A program made the translations under genes and the position numbers. A model generated the notes under the pieces. It worked only from the letters and a program-made list of their open reading frames with translations. It searched no databases and was not told where the DNA came from. A stretch of 64,000 nucleotides of DNA from a virus (Duplodnaviria; Caudoviricetes): the IMG/VR virus record IMGVR_UViG_3300032092_000009, positions 1 through 64,000 of that record; one strand, written 5' to 3'. Position 1 is the first letter of the stretch. Every line of letters starts with the position of its first letter. Shown here in pieces: positions 9,667-19,646 of this stretch.

Positions 9667-11736
9667 TTAAATTAAAAATTGATCAGGACTCTCAGTAGTT
9701 TCTGCAGTCTCTGTGTTTTCTGTAGGTTGAGTATTCTCACTAACTTCAGTAATTTGATTAATCTGAGCTGACTCTCCTAGTGATCTTGCAATATCTCCGA
9801 GAGTACTAGGAGTGTCAAGGTACCCAGAAAACTGACTTGGGTGATAGACAATAGAAGAACCAGATGAAGAAAAACTAGAAAGAGAGTTAGAGACAGAAGA
9901 AGAACTAGTTAATATATAAGGAGTCTCTGTATCTCTTGTAAAAGTAAAATCTTGTGTAGTTTCTGTAACAACCTCGATTGAAGTGTCTGCTTCAGGTTTG
10001 TTCTCGTCATCTGGATGATAGAAACATCCATCAATCTCTTCATACGCATGCTCATTATGAATAAAGAAACCAAAACCATTCTCATATTGTCTGAGATAAT
10101 CATCGTTTTCATATGCATAATCTCCATCAAACAATTCTACAGCTCGATCTCTTAGTACAGGGTCACTATTATAGTCTTGTACGAAGTCATCTCGATCTGT
10201 AAAATTAGCATCCATTACCTCTGAATAGATAGAACAATCACCACAACATCTTTCGTCTACATATCTACCTGCGTCTATGTGGCAAGAATCATCATATTCT
10301 ATTTCTGCATCACAAACAACACAACATATAGTATCAGGAAGACCTGAGTGGTTATAGAAATCACCTCCAGTACACCTAAGGGTATAGTGATGGCCTTCTC
10401 CATAGTTACTCAAGACTTGATCGTCAGGATGGTAACAGTAAAGAGTATCTACATAAGGGAATCGTGTGATTCCAGTTAAATCTATCTTAATAGAGTGTCT
10501 TTCGTATGTTTGCCAGATTTTCTTGTAGTTAGCGGATTCTAAGGCAGTTTTAAGTAGGTTCTCAGTTTCGGTATTAACAGAATAAATTCTATCGTAAGCC
10601 CACTGCTCACCTAAATTCCACAAAATAGCCCTAGCTGCTACTCTATTGGCTCTCATAAGTACGCCTATCTTAACCTTAGAAGGATCTCTAGTATACATTT
10701 CAAAGTATGATTGACATCTGTCATAACGCATACAAGAGCTACCTAAAGTGTTAGAGAAAGCATAATAGTTATCTTCATGGTAAGCCCACTTAACTTGTTC
10801 TCCTTCCATAATCCTAAAATCATATAGAGGATTAGAGATTGTGATAAGAGAGGCATAAGATTCTGAGAACGTAGTAATATCTCTATCAGAGTATTTATCT
10901 TTAAAGATCCTACGAATAAGCTTACCTACAGAAGTATGATAACGCTTCTTATAGTTCCATACCTCAGGTAATACTAGTTCAGTATTTTCAAACTCTACAC
11001 CTATTATAGTAGGGTGACCATGAGTTATAGTAAGACCTGCTTGGTCAATAAAGAAACCACTAATACCATATAGTATACTGTGTCTGATAAGAAGAGGTTC
11101 TGAGTCTTGTTCCAGTCTAGGTACATTGTAAGAATAAGAAACTTCTTCATTTGCTCCATCATTATGACTGGTGTAACGGTGAGCAGTAAAAGAACCTTTC
11201 TTTTCGTAGAACTCTTTGATAGGATAAACTAAGTTATTTAAGTGACGAGCGGTAAGGGTAAGTCTTTTAGTATAAATAGCCTCTGAGTCTGCGTATAATC
11301 TTGTTTTACCTATGTGTAATATTAATACAGTACCAGGTCTAATCATCTGCATTCTTGTTTCTTCGCCTTCTAATCTGTTTTTACGGTCTTCGTCTAGATA
11401 AGAAAGTTTGCTGTAGTCTGCTTGTGATAAACCAAGATAATTACAATACTTAGAGCCTTCTGGAACTCTTTTAAGTGATAATAAGTCATCTACTATGTCT
11501 TTTACTATTTGGGGGACATCAGTAGCCTTAAGTTTAATCAAGCGTCTTTTTAGATCTTTGTGCATTACAAACTTGTCTGTTAAGACTTTGCGTGCACGTT
11601 TCACTTTAGGAGCATGAACAGCAGAGACTTCGATAGTTCTTTCTGCTTGTTGCATAAACTCCGTAGAGAATGGATCATCAAAGATCTGAAGTTGTTGGCC
11701 TGCAATTAGGCCTGCTGATTCTAATTCTTCTGGCAT
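9667..11736 (-). CDS. large conserved phage protein of unknown function
   Basis: 689 aa; SSCMRY...ARAILW...YDRIY...FPYVDT core followed by Cys-rich and acidic segments. Confidence 0.7.
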   Translation of the reverse strand: MPEELESAGLIAGQQLQIFDDPFSTEFMQQAERTIEVSAVHAPKVKRARKVLTDKFVMHKDLKRRLIKLKATDVPQIVKDIVDDLLSLKRVPEGSKYCNYLGLSQADYSKLSYLDEDRKNRLEGEETRMQMIRPGTVLILHIGKTRLYADSEAIYTKRLTLTARHLNNLVYPIKEFYEKKGSFTAHRYTSHNDGANEEVSYSYNVPRLEQDSEPLLIRHSILYGISGFFIDQAGLTITHGHPTIIGVEFENTELVLPEVWNYKKRYHTSVGKLIRRIFKDKYSDRDITTFSESYASLITISNPLYDFRIMEGEQVKWAYHEDNYYAFSNTLGSSCMRYDRCQSYFEMYTRDPSKVKIGVLMRANRVAARAILWNLGEQWAYDRIYSVNTETENLLKTALESANYKKIWQTYERHSIKIDLTGITRFPYVDTLYCYHPDDQVLSNYGEGHHYTLRCTGGDFYNHSGLPDTICCVVCDAEIEYDDSCHIDAGRYVDERCCGDCSIYSEVMDANFTDRDDFVQDYNSDPVLRDRAVELFDGDYAYENDDYLRQYENGFGFFIHNEHAYEEIDGCFYHPDDENKPEADTSIEVVTETTQDFTFTRDTETPYILTSSSSVSNSLSSFSSSGSSIVYHPSQFSGYLDTPSTLGDIARSLGESAQINQITEVSENTQPTENTETAETTESPDQFLI

Positions 11737-11809
11737 ATTATTTTAGGTTAAATGGGTTTAAATGAAAAAAGCACCCCTAGAGGTGCTTTATTGTTTAGTT
11801 TAATTAAAG

Positions 11810-12013
11810 TTAAATTTGTTCTGGTGTTTGTTCGCTGTCTCTTGTGTAACGATGTGCTAGTAATAGGTTTTTTTCTTCTAGTGCTTTCTTAAAAGCTTTG
11901 TCTCTTTCTCTTTCTGAGTAGAATTTGTAGTCTTCATTCTTTTTCATTGTCTTTACAATCAGGTGATATTCTATCACCGTACCATTCTCGCTTAATATGT
12001 AGTCAGAACTCAT
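11810..12013 (-). CDS. hypothetical protein
   Basis: ORF preceded by a TATATTTG motif and followed by a terminator. Confidence 0.55.
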   Translation of the reverse strand: MSSDYILSENGTVIEYHLIVKTMKKNEDYKFYSERERDKAFKKALEEKNLLLAHRYTRDSEQTPEQI

Positions 12014-12145
12014 TCTGCAAATATAGCTAATAAGTTTATTATTAGCCCTGCTACAATAGAAAGGAGGGAGACAAAGAGAAGAGAGTATGCGAAGAATTCG
12101 TTAGTACTCATACACCTAGTGTTCTTCAATTTTTTTCCTATTTCC

Positions 12146-12412
12146 TTACAAGCTTCCTTCATTTTTGTTTATTTCCTTTTTAACGTCTTTCCAAAACAAT
12201 ATAGCATTCTGCATAGAACGATCTTTAACGTAGTTGTCCATATCTCTGTATTCTGCTATAATCTTGTCAATTGTGTAATTCGCAATCTGTCTGTAAGCGT
12301 AACCGTTCATTTGGAACCCTAATCCCATTAGGATTTCTTGTTCCATAGCCTCTGCTTGTTGTTTAGGAGTCATAAGGTGAACAAAGTTAAAGTTTTTCTG
12401 CTCGTTCGTCAA
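12146..12412 (-). CDS. hypothetical protein
   Basis: In-operon ORF. Confidence 0.55.
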   Translation of the reverse strand: MTNEQKNFNFVHLMTPKQQAEAMEQEILMGLGFQMNGYAYRQIANYTIDKIIAEYRDMDNYVKDRSMQNAILFWKDVKKEINKNEGSL

Positions 12413-12788
12413 ATCTATATTTCAATTCTTCCTTAAAAATTTCTCTGTAAAAGTCAGAGATTTGATGTTGTGTCTTTAGGATAGCTTCAATATGATCTGA
12501 GTCTAAGTCTTTTAACGGCTTGTAAACTAGAGGTTGTCTGCCGTCTTTACCTCTGGTTCCCCAGTGTACAGCTGATCTTCTTGTAATGTGAGAGCCATCG
12601 TCATAAACGCTTAACTCTTCGTAAGTACCTACGTTTCTTCTTAAATAGTCTGTACCTCCGTCAACCATAAGAACCTCTTTAGTTAAAGTGTCCTTATATT
12701 CAACGTAGTTATGTCTATTGTAAGAAGTTAAGATAGTACCATCTGGTGTCTTAATTCTATTTAATAGAATTCTAGATTCTGTTGTCAT
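12387..12788 (-). CDS. conserved phage protein (VDGG.DYLRR family)
   Basis: TPDGTIL.S..RH.Y, MVDGGTDYLRR and WGTRGKDG motifs. Confidence 0.7.
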   Translation of the reverse strand: MTTESRILLNRIKTPDGTILTSYNRHNYVEYKDTLTKEVLMVDGGTDYLRRNVGTYEELSVYDDGSHITRRSAVHWGTRGKDGRQPLVYKPLKDLDSDHIEAILKTQHQISDFYREIFKEELKYRFDERAEKL

Positions 12789-13236
12789 CGTAGTCTTTGT
12801 TTAAAATGTAAGCGGGTTTTAGCTCTGTAACAATGTTTCCGTTCTCTAACACAGTCTCATGCAAGCATTCAAATTTATCTATTTTAAAGCCTTCTGCTTG
12901 AAAGAAGTTAAGAGATTGGATGTTCTGTGCTTTAACCCTTGTAAATGCCTTTATAGGGCCCTTATTTTCGTTATAAGCATCATGTAAAGCTATACTAAGT
13001 ATTGCATGACCATAACGCTTACCTTGAAACTCGTTAGATACTCGTATAAAAGTAATTCTATACTGGTTATCTTTTTTCTTTTTAATTAAAAGTACTGCTA
13101 CTATCTCTGTTCCTTCGTGTAGAGCATGCACCTTTAGTGTAGGATCCATAAATGATTTTTCTGTGAAGGTTACTCCAAAGTGACTAGAGATAAACTCAAA
13201 GTACTCAGGTTTCTTTTCACATACGTGTGTTATCAT
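12772..13236 (-). CDS. GNAT-family acetyltransferase
   Basis: RVSNEFQGKRYG acetyl-CoA motif A; N..SLNFFQAEGF motif B. Confidence 0.8.
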   Translation of the reverse strand: MITHVCEKKPEYFEFISSHFGVTFTEKSFMDPTLKVHALHEGTEIVAVLLIKKKKDNQYRITFIRVSNEFQGKRYGHAILSIALHDAYNENKGPIKAFTRVKAQNIQSLNFFQAEGFKIDKFECLHETVLENGNIVTELKPAYILNKDYDDNRI

Positions 13237-13418
13237 ACGTAGATTATTTTTAGTTTTTCTTTTGCTTTGGCTCTTTTGTAAAGAGAACTGAAAGCATAGT
13301 GATTCATACCCATCTTAATACCTGCTCTACCATAACTTAATTTAAGTTCATCTCTAAGTATAAGAGCAGCGTATTGTTTAGGTGTGAATCCTTTTAGATC
13401 TAGTTTTAATTCATCCAT
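13233..13418 (-). CDS. small helix-turn-helix protein (sigma region 4-like)
   Basis: FTPKQ..ALILR...LSY...G.KMG pattern. Confidence 0.5.
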   Translation of the reverse strand: MDELKLDLKGFTPKQYAALILRDELKLSYGRAGIKMGMNHYAFSSLYKRAKAKEKLKIIYV

Positions 13419-13419
13419 A

Positions 13420-13932
13420 TTATACCATTTTTAATAACTTTTTATACTTAGATCTAGGTAGTTTAAGTCCAGTTACAGCTCCATCATAGCAAATGTTTTC
13501 TGCTCTACATGCTTCTGCTACACTTTTATAGTAAGTACCTGTCTTTAGACTTACTACATGTATGTGCCAACTAGAAGCTTTGATTGCATTCAAGTGCATG
13601 ATGTTCTCTACTCTGGTACCCCACTTAAGATTGGTGTAGTGATTGTTAAGCTTATCTCCGTCTAAGTGTATTACACACTCACCTTCAGGTCCATCTAAGA
13701 AGAGTTTGGCTACCAAAGTTTGCCTAAACACTCGTTTCTTAAGAGAACCTACAGATAAGATAACTCCTGTAAGTCCATCACGATTAATAAAGCCTTTTAA
13801 GATCTTTTCTTTCTTAACTCTAGCTTCTAGTCTACCGAATCTAGGTTGACTGTAAGATCTTTCTAAGCTTTTAACCTCTCCGTATTCATTTACATGATAG
13901 TATTCTTCGAATCCTGGAATAGGCTTCCACAT
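13420..13932 (-). CDS. NUMOD4-HNH homing-type endonuclease
   Basis: WKPIPGFEEYYHVNEYGEVKS (NUMOD4); HLDGDKLNNHYTNLKW...EN (HNH_3). Confidence 0.85.
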   Translation of the reverse strand: MWKPIPGFEEYYHVNEYGEVKSLERSYSQPRFGRLEARVKKEKILKGFINRDGLTGVILSVGSLKKRVFRQTLVAKLFLDGPEGECVIHLDGDKLNNHYTNLKWGTRVENIMHLNAIKASSWHIHVVSLKTGTYYKSVAEACRAENICYDGAVTGLKLPRSKYKKLLKMV

Positions 13933-13934
13933 AA

Positions 13935-14939
13935 TTAATTGCTTAAGGGTGCTTTTATTGCTGGATGAGACTTATACTTAGTTAGAATAACATCATTAAG
14001 TGAAGAACAATTGATACCATCTCTTACATAAACTATAGGCAGTTCGTAAGAGTCTCTTTCTATTTGTTCTTTAGCTTGTTCTATGTGATTCAAGTAAAGG
14101 TGAGTATCTCCTAAATTACCGATTAATTCATCAGGAATCATACCAACCTCATCAGCAAGCATAATCAAGAGAAGAGCATAGGAGGCGATATTGAAGGGAA
14201 GACCGAGGAAAGTATCTACTGAACGCTGATTCCACATTAAAGAGATAGCTCTACTTGGGATATTAAACTTCTCAAAATCGCTTAAGGTAAGTTGTGCTTT
14301 ACCATTAAAGTGTTTATCCATGTACGTCTTCTTCTCTTCGTAGGTCAACTTTCTTGTGTAGACTTGGAAGCCATAATGGCAAGGAGGAAGTACCATTTGA
14401 TCTAATTCTCCAACATTCCAAGCACTAACCATCAATCGTCTTGAGTCTGGATTAGTCTTTAAATCGTTGATTAGATTAGCAATTTGGTCTACACTTGTTT
14501 CAGTGCCGTAATCCATGTCTTTATCAGATACCCAACTTCTCCATTGCTTACCATAAATTGGACCTAACTCACCATATCTAGCAGCAAACTCAGGATTAGT
14601 CTTGATTTGTTCTGCAAACTCTTCTATAGTGTAAGCGTCTCTATCATTTGGTCTAGGTTCACGGTAAGATTTATAAGCATCACCTGTCCAGATATTACAT
14701 CCGTTATCTAAAAGGTATTTAATGTTAGTGTCACCCTTTAAAAACCACAGCAACTCAGTTACTATTGTCTTCCAAGGCATCTTCTTAGTGGTTAAGAGAG
14801 GAAATCCATCACTCATTCTGTGTCTAATGGTGTAGCCAAAGATTGACTTAGTACCTGTTCCTGTTCTATCAGACTTTTCTACTCCGTAATCTAAGATAGA
14901 TTGAAGTAGGATCTGATATTGTGTGTCTATGCTGTTCAT
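13935..14939 (-). CDS. thyA: thymidylate synthase
   Basis: DRTGTGT, FPLLTTKK, ELLWFL, GPIYGKQWR, LPPCH, QRSVD.FLGLPFNIASY and HLYLNH motifs. Confidence 0.97.
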   Translation of the reverse strand: MNSIDTQYQILLQSILDYGVEKSDRTGTGTKSIFGYTIRHRMSDGFPLLTTKKMPWKTIVTELLWFLKGDTNIKYLLDNGCNIWTGDAYKSYREPRPNDRDAYTIEEFAEQIKTNPEFAARYGELGPIYGKQWRSWVSDKDMDYGTETSVDQIANLINDLKTNPDSRRLMVSAWNVGELDQMVLPPCHYGFQVYTRKLTYEEKKTYMDKHFNGKAQLTLSDFEKFNIPSRAISLMWNQRSVDTFLGLPFNIASYALLLIMLADEVGMIPDELIGNLGDTHLYLNHIEQAKEQIERDSYELPIVYVRDGINCSSLNDVILTKYKSHPAIKAPLSN

Positions 14940-15223
14940 ATTTGAAAGTCTGAGTACTTAAGTCCCCATTGTACATTAACCCACATCATTTCTTTTTCTG
15001 CTAATCCCTTATTCATCTTTAGTTTTTCTCTAAGATAAGCGACTCCCCATTTTTTCCACTCTTCTGCCTGTGCAGTAGTCATAGTCCAATCGGTAAACCA
15101 ATCGTCTTTACGGTCTTTGATGTCATCAAATGTAACTTCATGACCTGCAATAACAAACATCTGATTGATGATGTCAATCAATGCTTGTTCTCGTTTTTCT
15201 TCTCTACTCATTCGTTTTGCCAT
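14936..15223 (-). CDS. hypothetical protein, related to 6043..6366
   Basis: Trp-rich pattern shared with 6043..6366. Confidence 0.6.
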   Translation of the reverse strand: MAKRMSREEKREQALIDIINQMFVIAGHEVTFDDIKDRKDDWFTDWTMTTAQAEEWKKWGVAYLREKLKMNKGLAEKEMMWVNVQWGLKYSDFQI

Positions 15224-16028
15224 AATTCGTAAATGCTATTTGTTGTTGCAAACTTAATGTAGTTTTCTTTCTGTTCCAAAATCTCTGTAACAGTAGTAGT
15301 CAGCCAGGTATAAGATATTCCTCGAAAATCTAGGATAAGCGACCTACCTACTGCAGGTTCATCATGTAGTTCTTTAAATTTACCATCTTCGTTCCATTCA
15401 ATCCATCCAATTTTGTGACCTACGTTAGATAAGCCATCTCTTTCTCTGACTAACTTGTATCTGAAGAGATCCTCTACGTTTAAGTTTATTTTAACTTGTT
15501 CTATTTTACTCATGTTATTTATATTTAAATAAGAATTTAAGACATCCTTTATAGATCAGCAAGCTACATCTCCACTTGGGTAGCCAACCAGCCATATATT
15601 CGTCTGTCTTAGCTAGTATGTATACTTTGTAGACTTCATCTCTATCATGGTGACCTTCACTCTTACTGAATTCAATAGTAGCCCACTGACCTCTAGCTCT
15701 AAAGTAAAAATAATACTTTAAGAACCAGCCTTCTGCTTGTACTGGACAGTTACCTGCTGGTTTATATTTCCATTTGATCATCTCTAATTTGTATTAGTTC
15801 TTGTTTTATTTCTTGGTACATTTCTATTACCTTTCTGTTTTGCCAAGCATGATGTTCTAATGCTTCTATAGTCTTGTCTACAGAAATTAGAGAGCAAGTA
15901 ATCGCTTCATTATACCTTTTCTCACAGCTCAATAGTCCTTCTTTAAGAAACCCATTGTTAGGCAACTGATAATAAAAGTCATTAATCAGCTGCCTAGCTG
16001 GTGTTGGGTTAATAACATCTTCTAGCAT
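15208..16028 (-). CDS. three tightly packed small hypothetical ORFs (15208-15513, 15515-15781, 15762-16028)
   Basis: Abutting or overlapping ORFs; GNCPVQAEG...FYFRARG in the middle one. Confidence 0.6.
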
Positions 16029-16279
16029 TACTCATCTACTTTTTTGTTGATGTCACTGATATGTTCTTGTATCATTCCACTAATGTGGGTTTTGATGTAC
16101 CATTCCATCACTTCCAATGACCGTTTAGAACCTTCCGCATAACCATCGGCATAACTCATTTTCTTTCCCGCAATTTCCATTTCTTTGGCTTGTTGAAGTA
16201 TTTCTTTCATACTTAAATTTGGTTTTAACATTTCTTGTTCTAACCACTCCACTGCCGTTTGTTGTTTATTGTTTGTCAT
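16028..16279 (-). CDS. KQTAVEWL-type small protein (likely start MTNNKQQTAVEWL)
   Basis: N-terminus shared with 18016..18339 and 16487..16759. Confidence 0.65.
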   Translation of the reverse strand: MTNNKQQTAVEWLEQEMLKPNLSMKEILQQAKEMEIAGKKMSYADGYAEGSKRSLEVMEWYIKTHISGMIQEHISDINKKVDE

Positions 16280-16486
16280 TAGTGCCATCCGTTTTTAAAT
16301 GCTGCGTTGTAGTCATCAAACATTGCTATCAATAGTTTACATAGGATACCAATTGTACATAGTAATACTGCCCTTATCATAAATACTAATATCTTTCTCA
16401 TTGCTTATCTTTTTGTTTTGGACTGTTAACTGCTTTACTAAATAGAATTCCACTCCAAAATCCCAATAACCATATTGTTAATGCAT

Positions 16487-16759
16487 TCATTGACCATCTC
16501 CTTCGCAGTTTTCTTTATACCATTCTTCTGGATAGTCTTTGCCTGTCCACATATAACCATGGTGATCTGATTCACACTCTATTCCAGCACGAAAGTCGCT
16601 AATTCTCTGTAGCTTTTCTCTTTCTTTGGCTGTGTTAATTACTTTTAGATTGTGAGAAAGGTATTCACCAAATGTATACTTTCCACTATGGTACTTCTCG
16701 AAGGAGTTAAACAACTCTTCGAATTGCCACTCTACTATGGTTTGTCGTTTATCATCCAT
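16487..16759 (-). CDS. KQTAVEWL-like small protein
   Basis: N-terminal KRQTIVEW, central AKERE. Confidence 0.6.
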   Translation of the reverse strand: MDDKRQTIVEWQFEELFNSFEKYHSGKYTFGEYLSHNLKVINTAKEREKLQRISDFRAGIECESDHHGYMWTGKDYPEEWYKENCEGDGQ

Positions 16760-17057
16760 ATCCTAAGTCTTTTTTAACTTGTTCTTGATTAGCCTGGCGT
16801 TTAGCGTATTTTTCACCACGTAGTGAAGGATTTTCTTCTTGTATTTTTCTACGCATTCTTGTAATAGACTCGCTAGATGTAAAGTTACCATACGCCATAG
16901 TTCTTAAGAATATCTTTGTAGAGGTATCAGCTATAGGATTACCCATTTTTTCAAACTCCAACTTCCAGATATAAGCCATCAATTTTTCATCAGAGTCACG
17001 AAATGGAGGATAATCAGTTAGTAACTCTAGTACTAACAATCTTGTTTCATTTTTCAT
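16752..17057 (-). CDS. conserved phage protein
   Basis: RDSDEKL...ESITRMRRKIQE..P.LRG motif. Confidence 0.65.
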   Translation of the reverse strand: MKNETRLLVLELLTDYPPFRDSDEKLMAYIWKLEFEKMGNPIADTSTKIFLRTMAYGNFTSSESITRMRRKIQEENPSLRGEKYAKRQANQEQVKKDLGYG

Positions 17058-17090
17058 AGTTGTTTGTTTTCTAATTCTTCTAGTTGTTTG

Positions 17091-17765
17091 TTATCCTCTA
17101 AGTTTATCATTAGCTTGTTGAACAAGAGAATCTAATTGCTTATCTCTTTTTTCTTTTTCAGCTTCTAGTTTCTCTAACTGTTTTTCTAAGCGATCAATAC
17201 TACCCCAGATAATACTTGCTTTAGGGTCTAGTTTTTTAATCTCAGCTACTATTTCTTCTTGTCTACCCCTACTGTAAAACCCGCTTTCTATATCATCAGC
17301 TAGGTCTTGTAGGTGCTTAGGTGCTGAAATACTAATCCTTAAGTCATAACTACTCCATTTAGTCTTGTAGTCCCAAAATAGAATTCCTTTGGTTAAGTTT
17401 CTAAACAGGTTGTGTAGCCTTCTGTTTCTTACTCTTACAATAGAGTTATCACAACCAAACAAGTGTAAGAAACGTAAAAACCATCTAGGGCACCATTTAG
17501 GCTTAGCTTCATAGTCCATAGCTAAAACTAACGGGTAAATAGCTCTAAAACAATCTCCGTCTTCATTGTAAGGAATAGTACCTAAGTAAGAATACTTATC
17601 ATAAAAACCCTTAGGGAAGAATATAGGCCTAATTTCTCTCCAGCCTATATGAATAGTATTAATCATACCTTTCTTACGTCCTCTCCAGAACAGTAAGCCT
17701 GCTAAGAAGAAGGTTACTTTCTCCTTAACAGGTCTTTTGTCTTTTATTTCAAATTTGGTTCTCAT
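17091..17765 (-). CDS. hypothetical protein
   Basis: 224 aa; KPKWCPRWFLRFLHLFG segment; C-terminal coiled coil. Confidence 0.65.
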   Translation of the reverse strand: MRTKFEIKDKRPVKEKVTFFLAGLLFWRGRKKGMINTIHIGWREIRPIFFPKGFYDKYSYLGTIPYNEDGDCFRAIYPLVLAMDYEAKPKWCPRWFLRFLHLFGCDNSIVRVRNRRLHNLFRNLTKGILFWDYKTKWSSYDLRISISAPKHLQDLADDIESGFYSRGRQEEIVAEIKKLDPKASIIWGSIDRLEKQLEKLEAEKEKRDKQLDSLVQQANDKLRG

Positions 17766-18019
17766 TTCTTAATATTTTTATAAATGTAGGTAGTATCACA
17801 CTTACCATCTGTACACACAATTTCAATAGAAGGTTTGATAGGCTTATCTGATTTTACACCAGCTTGTTTTATTCCTAACATACCTGCTACTACACTTACA
17901 GCCATGAGTGCAAATAATAACAAATGAAACAAGTCACTACGCTCATCACGTTCATCATTGTCAATTCGGTTTAATCCAAGTATAATAACAGCAGCTAAGA
18001 TTCCAAGTATCCACATCAT
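17762..18019 (-). CDS. small membrane protein (2 TM)
   Basis: Two hydrophobic segments. Confidence 0.55.
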   Translation of the reverse strand: MMWILGILAAVIILGLNRIDNDERDERSDLFHLLLFALMAVSVVAGMLGIKQAGVKSDKPIKPSIEIVCTDGKCDTTYIYKNIKK

Positions 18020-18339
18020 TGCTCACCTCCTCCGTAGGTTTGTTTGTAAAACTGCCCAAATGTCATTACATCTGATTCATTCATCATTACATATAGTTCG
18101 TATTCATAATGCAACTTGATGGCTTGCTCCTTCGCCATTTCTTTGGCTTTTTCATATGCTTCTTTTCTTGCATCTGTGTATATAATAGTATTTCTATAAT
18201 ACACCTTGTCAATCCTTTCAAGTTCATTGAATAACCACTCCACTGGCGTCTGTTGTTTATTTTCCTTTGAATCTAAGGTCTGAGCTACTAAAGATGTTTT
18301 GTGTCCTAACACTGCCGTCTGTTGTTTATTGTTTGTCAT
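18016..18339 (-). CDS. KQTAVEWL-type small protein with duplicated N-terminal motif
   Basis: MTNNKQQTAV...ENKQQTPVEWL...AKEM...F.QFYKQTYGG. Confidence 0.65.
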   Translation of the reverse strand: MTNNKQQTAVLGHKTSLVAQTLDSKENKQQTPVEWLFNELERIDKVYYRNTIIYTDARKEAYEKAKEMAKEQAIKLHYEYELYVMMNESDVMTFGQFYKQTYGGGEQ

Positions 18340-18437
18340 AAGTTAAAGTTTACCTTGAGTCATATAGACATGAGTGTCTATGGTCCACAAGAAGTTAAGT
18401 TTTTTGATTAAGTTTCTCATAAGTAAAAAGCCCTCAG

Positions 18438-18818
18438 TTAAGAGGGCTCTGTAAAGTCTGTAAATTTTAAGTAGTTGTCTAAATAACTCTGTATGTTTTC
18501 TCTACCTACAGGGTTAGCTGAGTGTACAAAGTACTTTGGTAGTCTGACTGCATTGTTCATACAGTAGTCTACTATCCACTTAGCACAATCTAAGCCTGTT
18601 TTTTCGTTTAGCTCTGGTTGATCTGTTATTTCATTGCCTAAATCGTGGTCAAAAGAGATAGCGTAAGGCATTTCATTCTTCTTGAAGTATTTTACAAACT
18701 CATCGTAGTCTTTAACCCAAGTAACATCTAAGTTTTCTCCAAAGGCTAAGTTAAGCCAGATTTTAAATTGCCCTTGACTAGGATCTCTTAGATCATCAAG
18801 CCACAGGACCTTTTCCAT
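18438..18818 (-). CDS. cyclic-phosphate-processing receiver-domain protein
   Basis: LWLDDLR, ISFDHDLG, TGLDCAKW and VHSANPVG motifs. Confidence 0.8.
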   Translation of the reverse strand: MEKVLWLDDLRDPSQGQFKIWLNLAFGENLDVTWVKDYDEFVKYFKKNEMPYAISFDHDLGNEITDQPELNEKTGLDCAKWIVDYCMNNAVRLPKYFVHSANPVGRENIQSYLDNYLKFTDFTEPS

Positions 18819-19630
18819 TATTCTTATACTTACGTTTGGGGTTAGTAGTAGACTTTCTTCGCTTAACTACTTTCTTAGGTAACTCTTCTTCGATGTGATC
18901 ATACACAATGTCTCCTTTAGGTATGTTGTTAATGTTTCCTCTAAATAGAAGAAATAGAATAGCCATAGAGATAGCAGACACACTGAATAAGATACAAAGA
19001 CCTATAAATATGCTTTCCATGTCTTATTTAGCTAAGTCTACTGTACCTGTGATAAAGGTTAAGCCTTCTGTCAAGTGCATTTCTCCAAAGCCACCTTTTT
19101 CTGCTTCGTAGCTATCGGCAACATGCTTAATCTTATCGTTAATTCTGTTTTCTAGGTAAGCATCGTTTACTTGCTTCCAAGAATCTCCGTCTTTAACACA
19201 TAACATTAGGATAGACACATTGTGCTTGTCGAATTGGTAATTAACTCTGTACATGATTAGTTTAGATTAATTTAGATTAGTATATTTTCTGCTGATTTTT
19301 CTTTGTTCCCAGATAAGATGAAGCTGCCACCTGTACCACTTAACTAAGTCGATACCTTTTTCATTACAATGATCAATAAATGCAGGAGTCATCTTACCTT
19401 GTAGGCATTTTAACTTACTCATGGTCAATTGATCTAACTTCATCGTCAGCAAATATACTAAATATTTGAGATTCAGGATCTTCTGTGTTTTCATTTATTT
19501 CAAATAAATTAAACACACTAGGACTGTTCTTAAAGTTTTCTAAGTCTTGTTTGGCTTTCTGAAAGTCCTGTTCAATTAAAATGTCCAGCTCGCAAATGAG
19601 CTGTTTGCATGATTTTTCTTTGTTTGTCAT
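18796..19630 (-). CDS. four small hypothetical ORFs (18796-19020 with TM helix, 19024-19254, 19267-19494, 19415-19630)
   Basis: Contiguous same-strand ORFs; start sites uncertain. Confidence 0.5.
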
Positions 19631-19646
19631 ATTGATTAGGTTTAAG

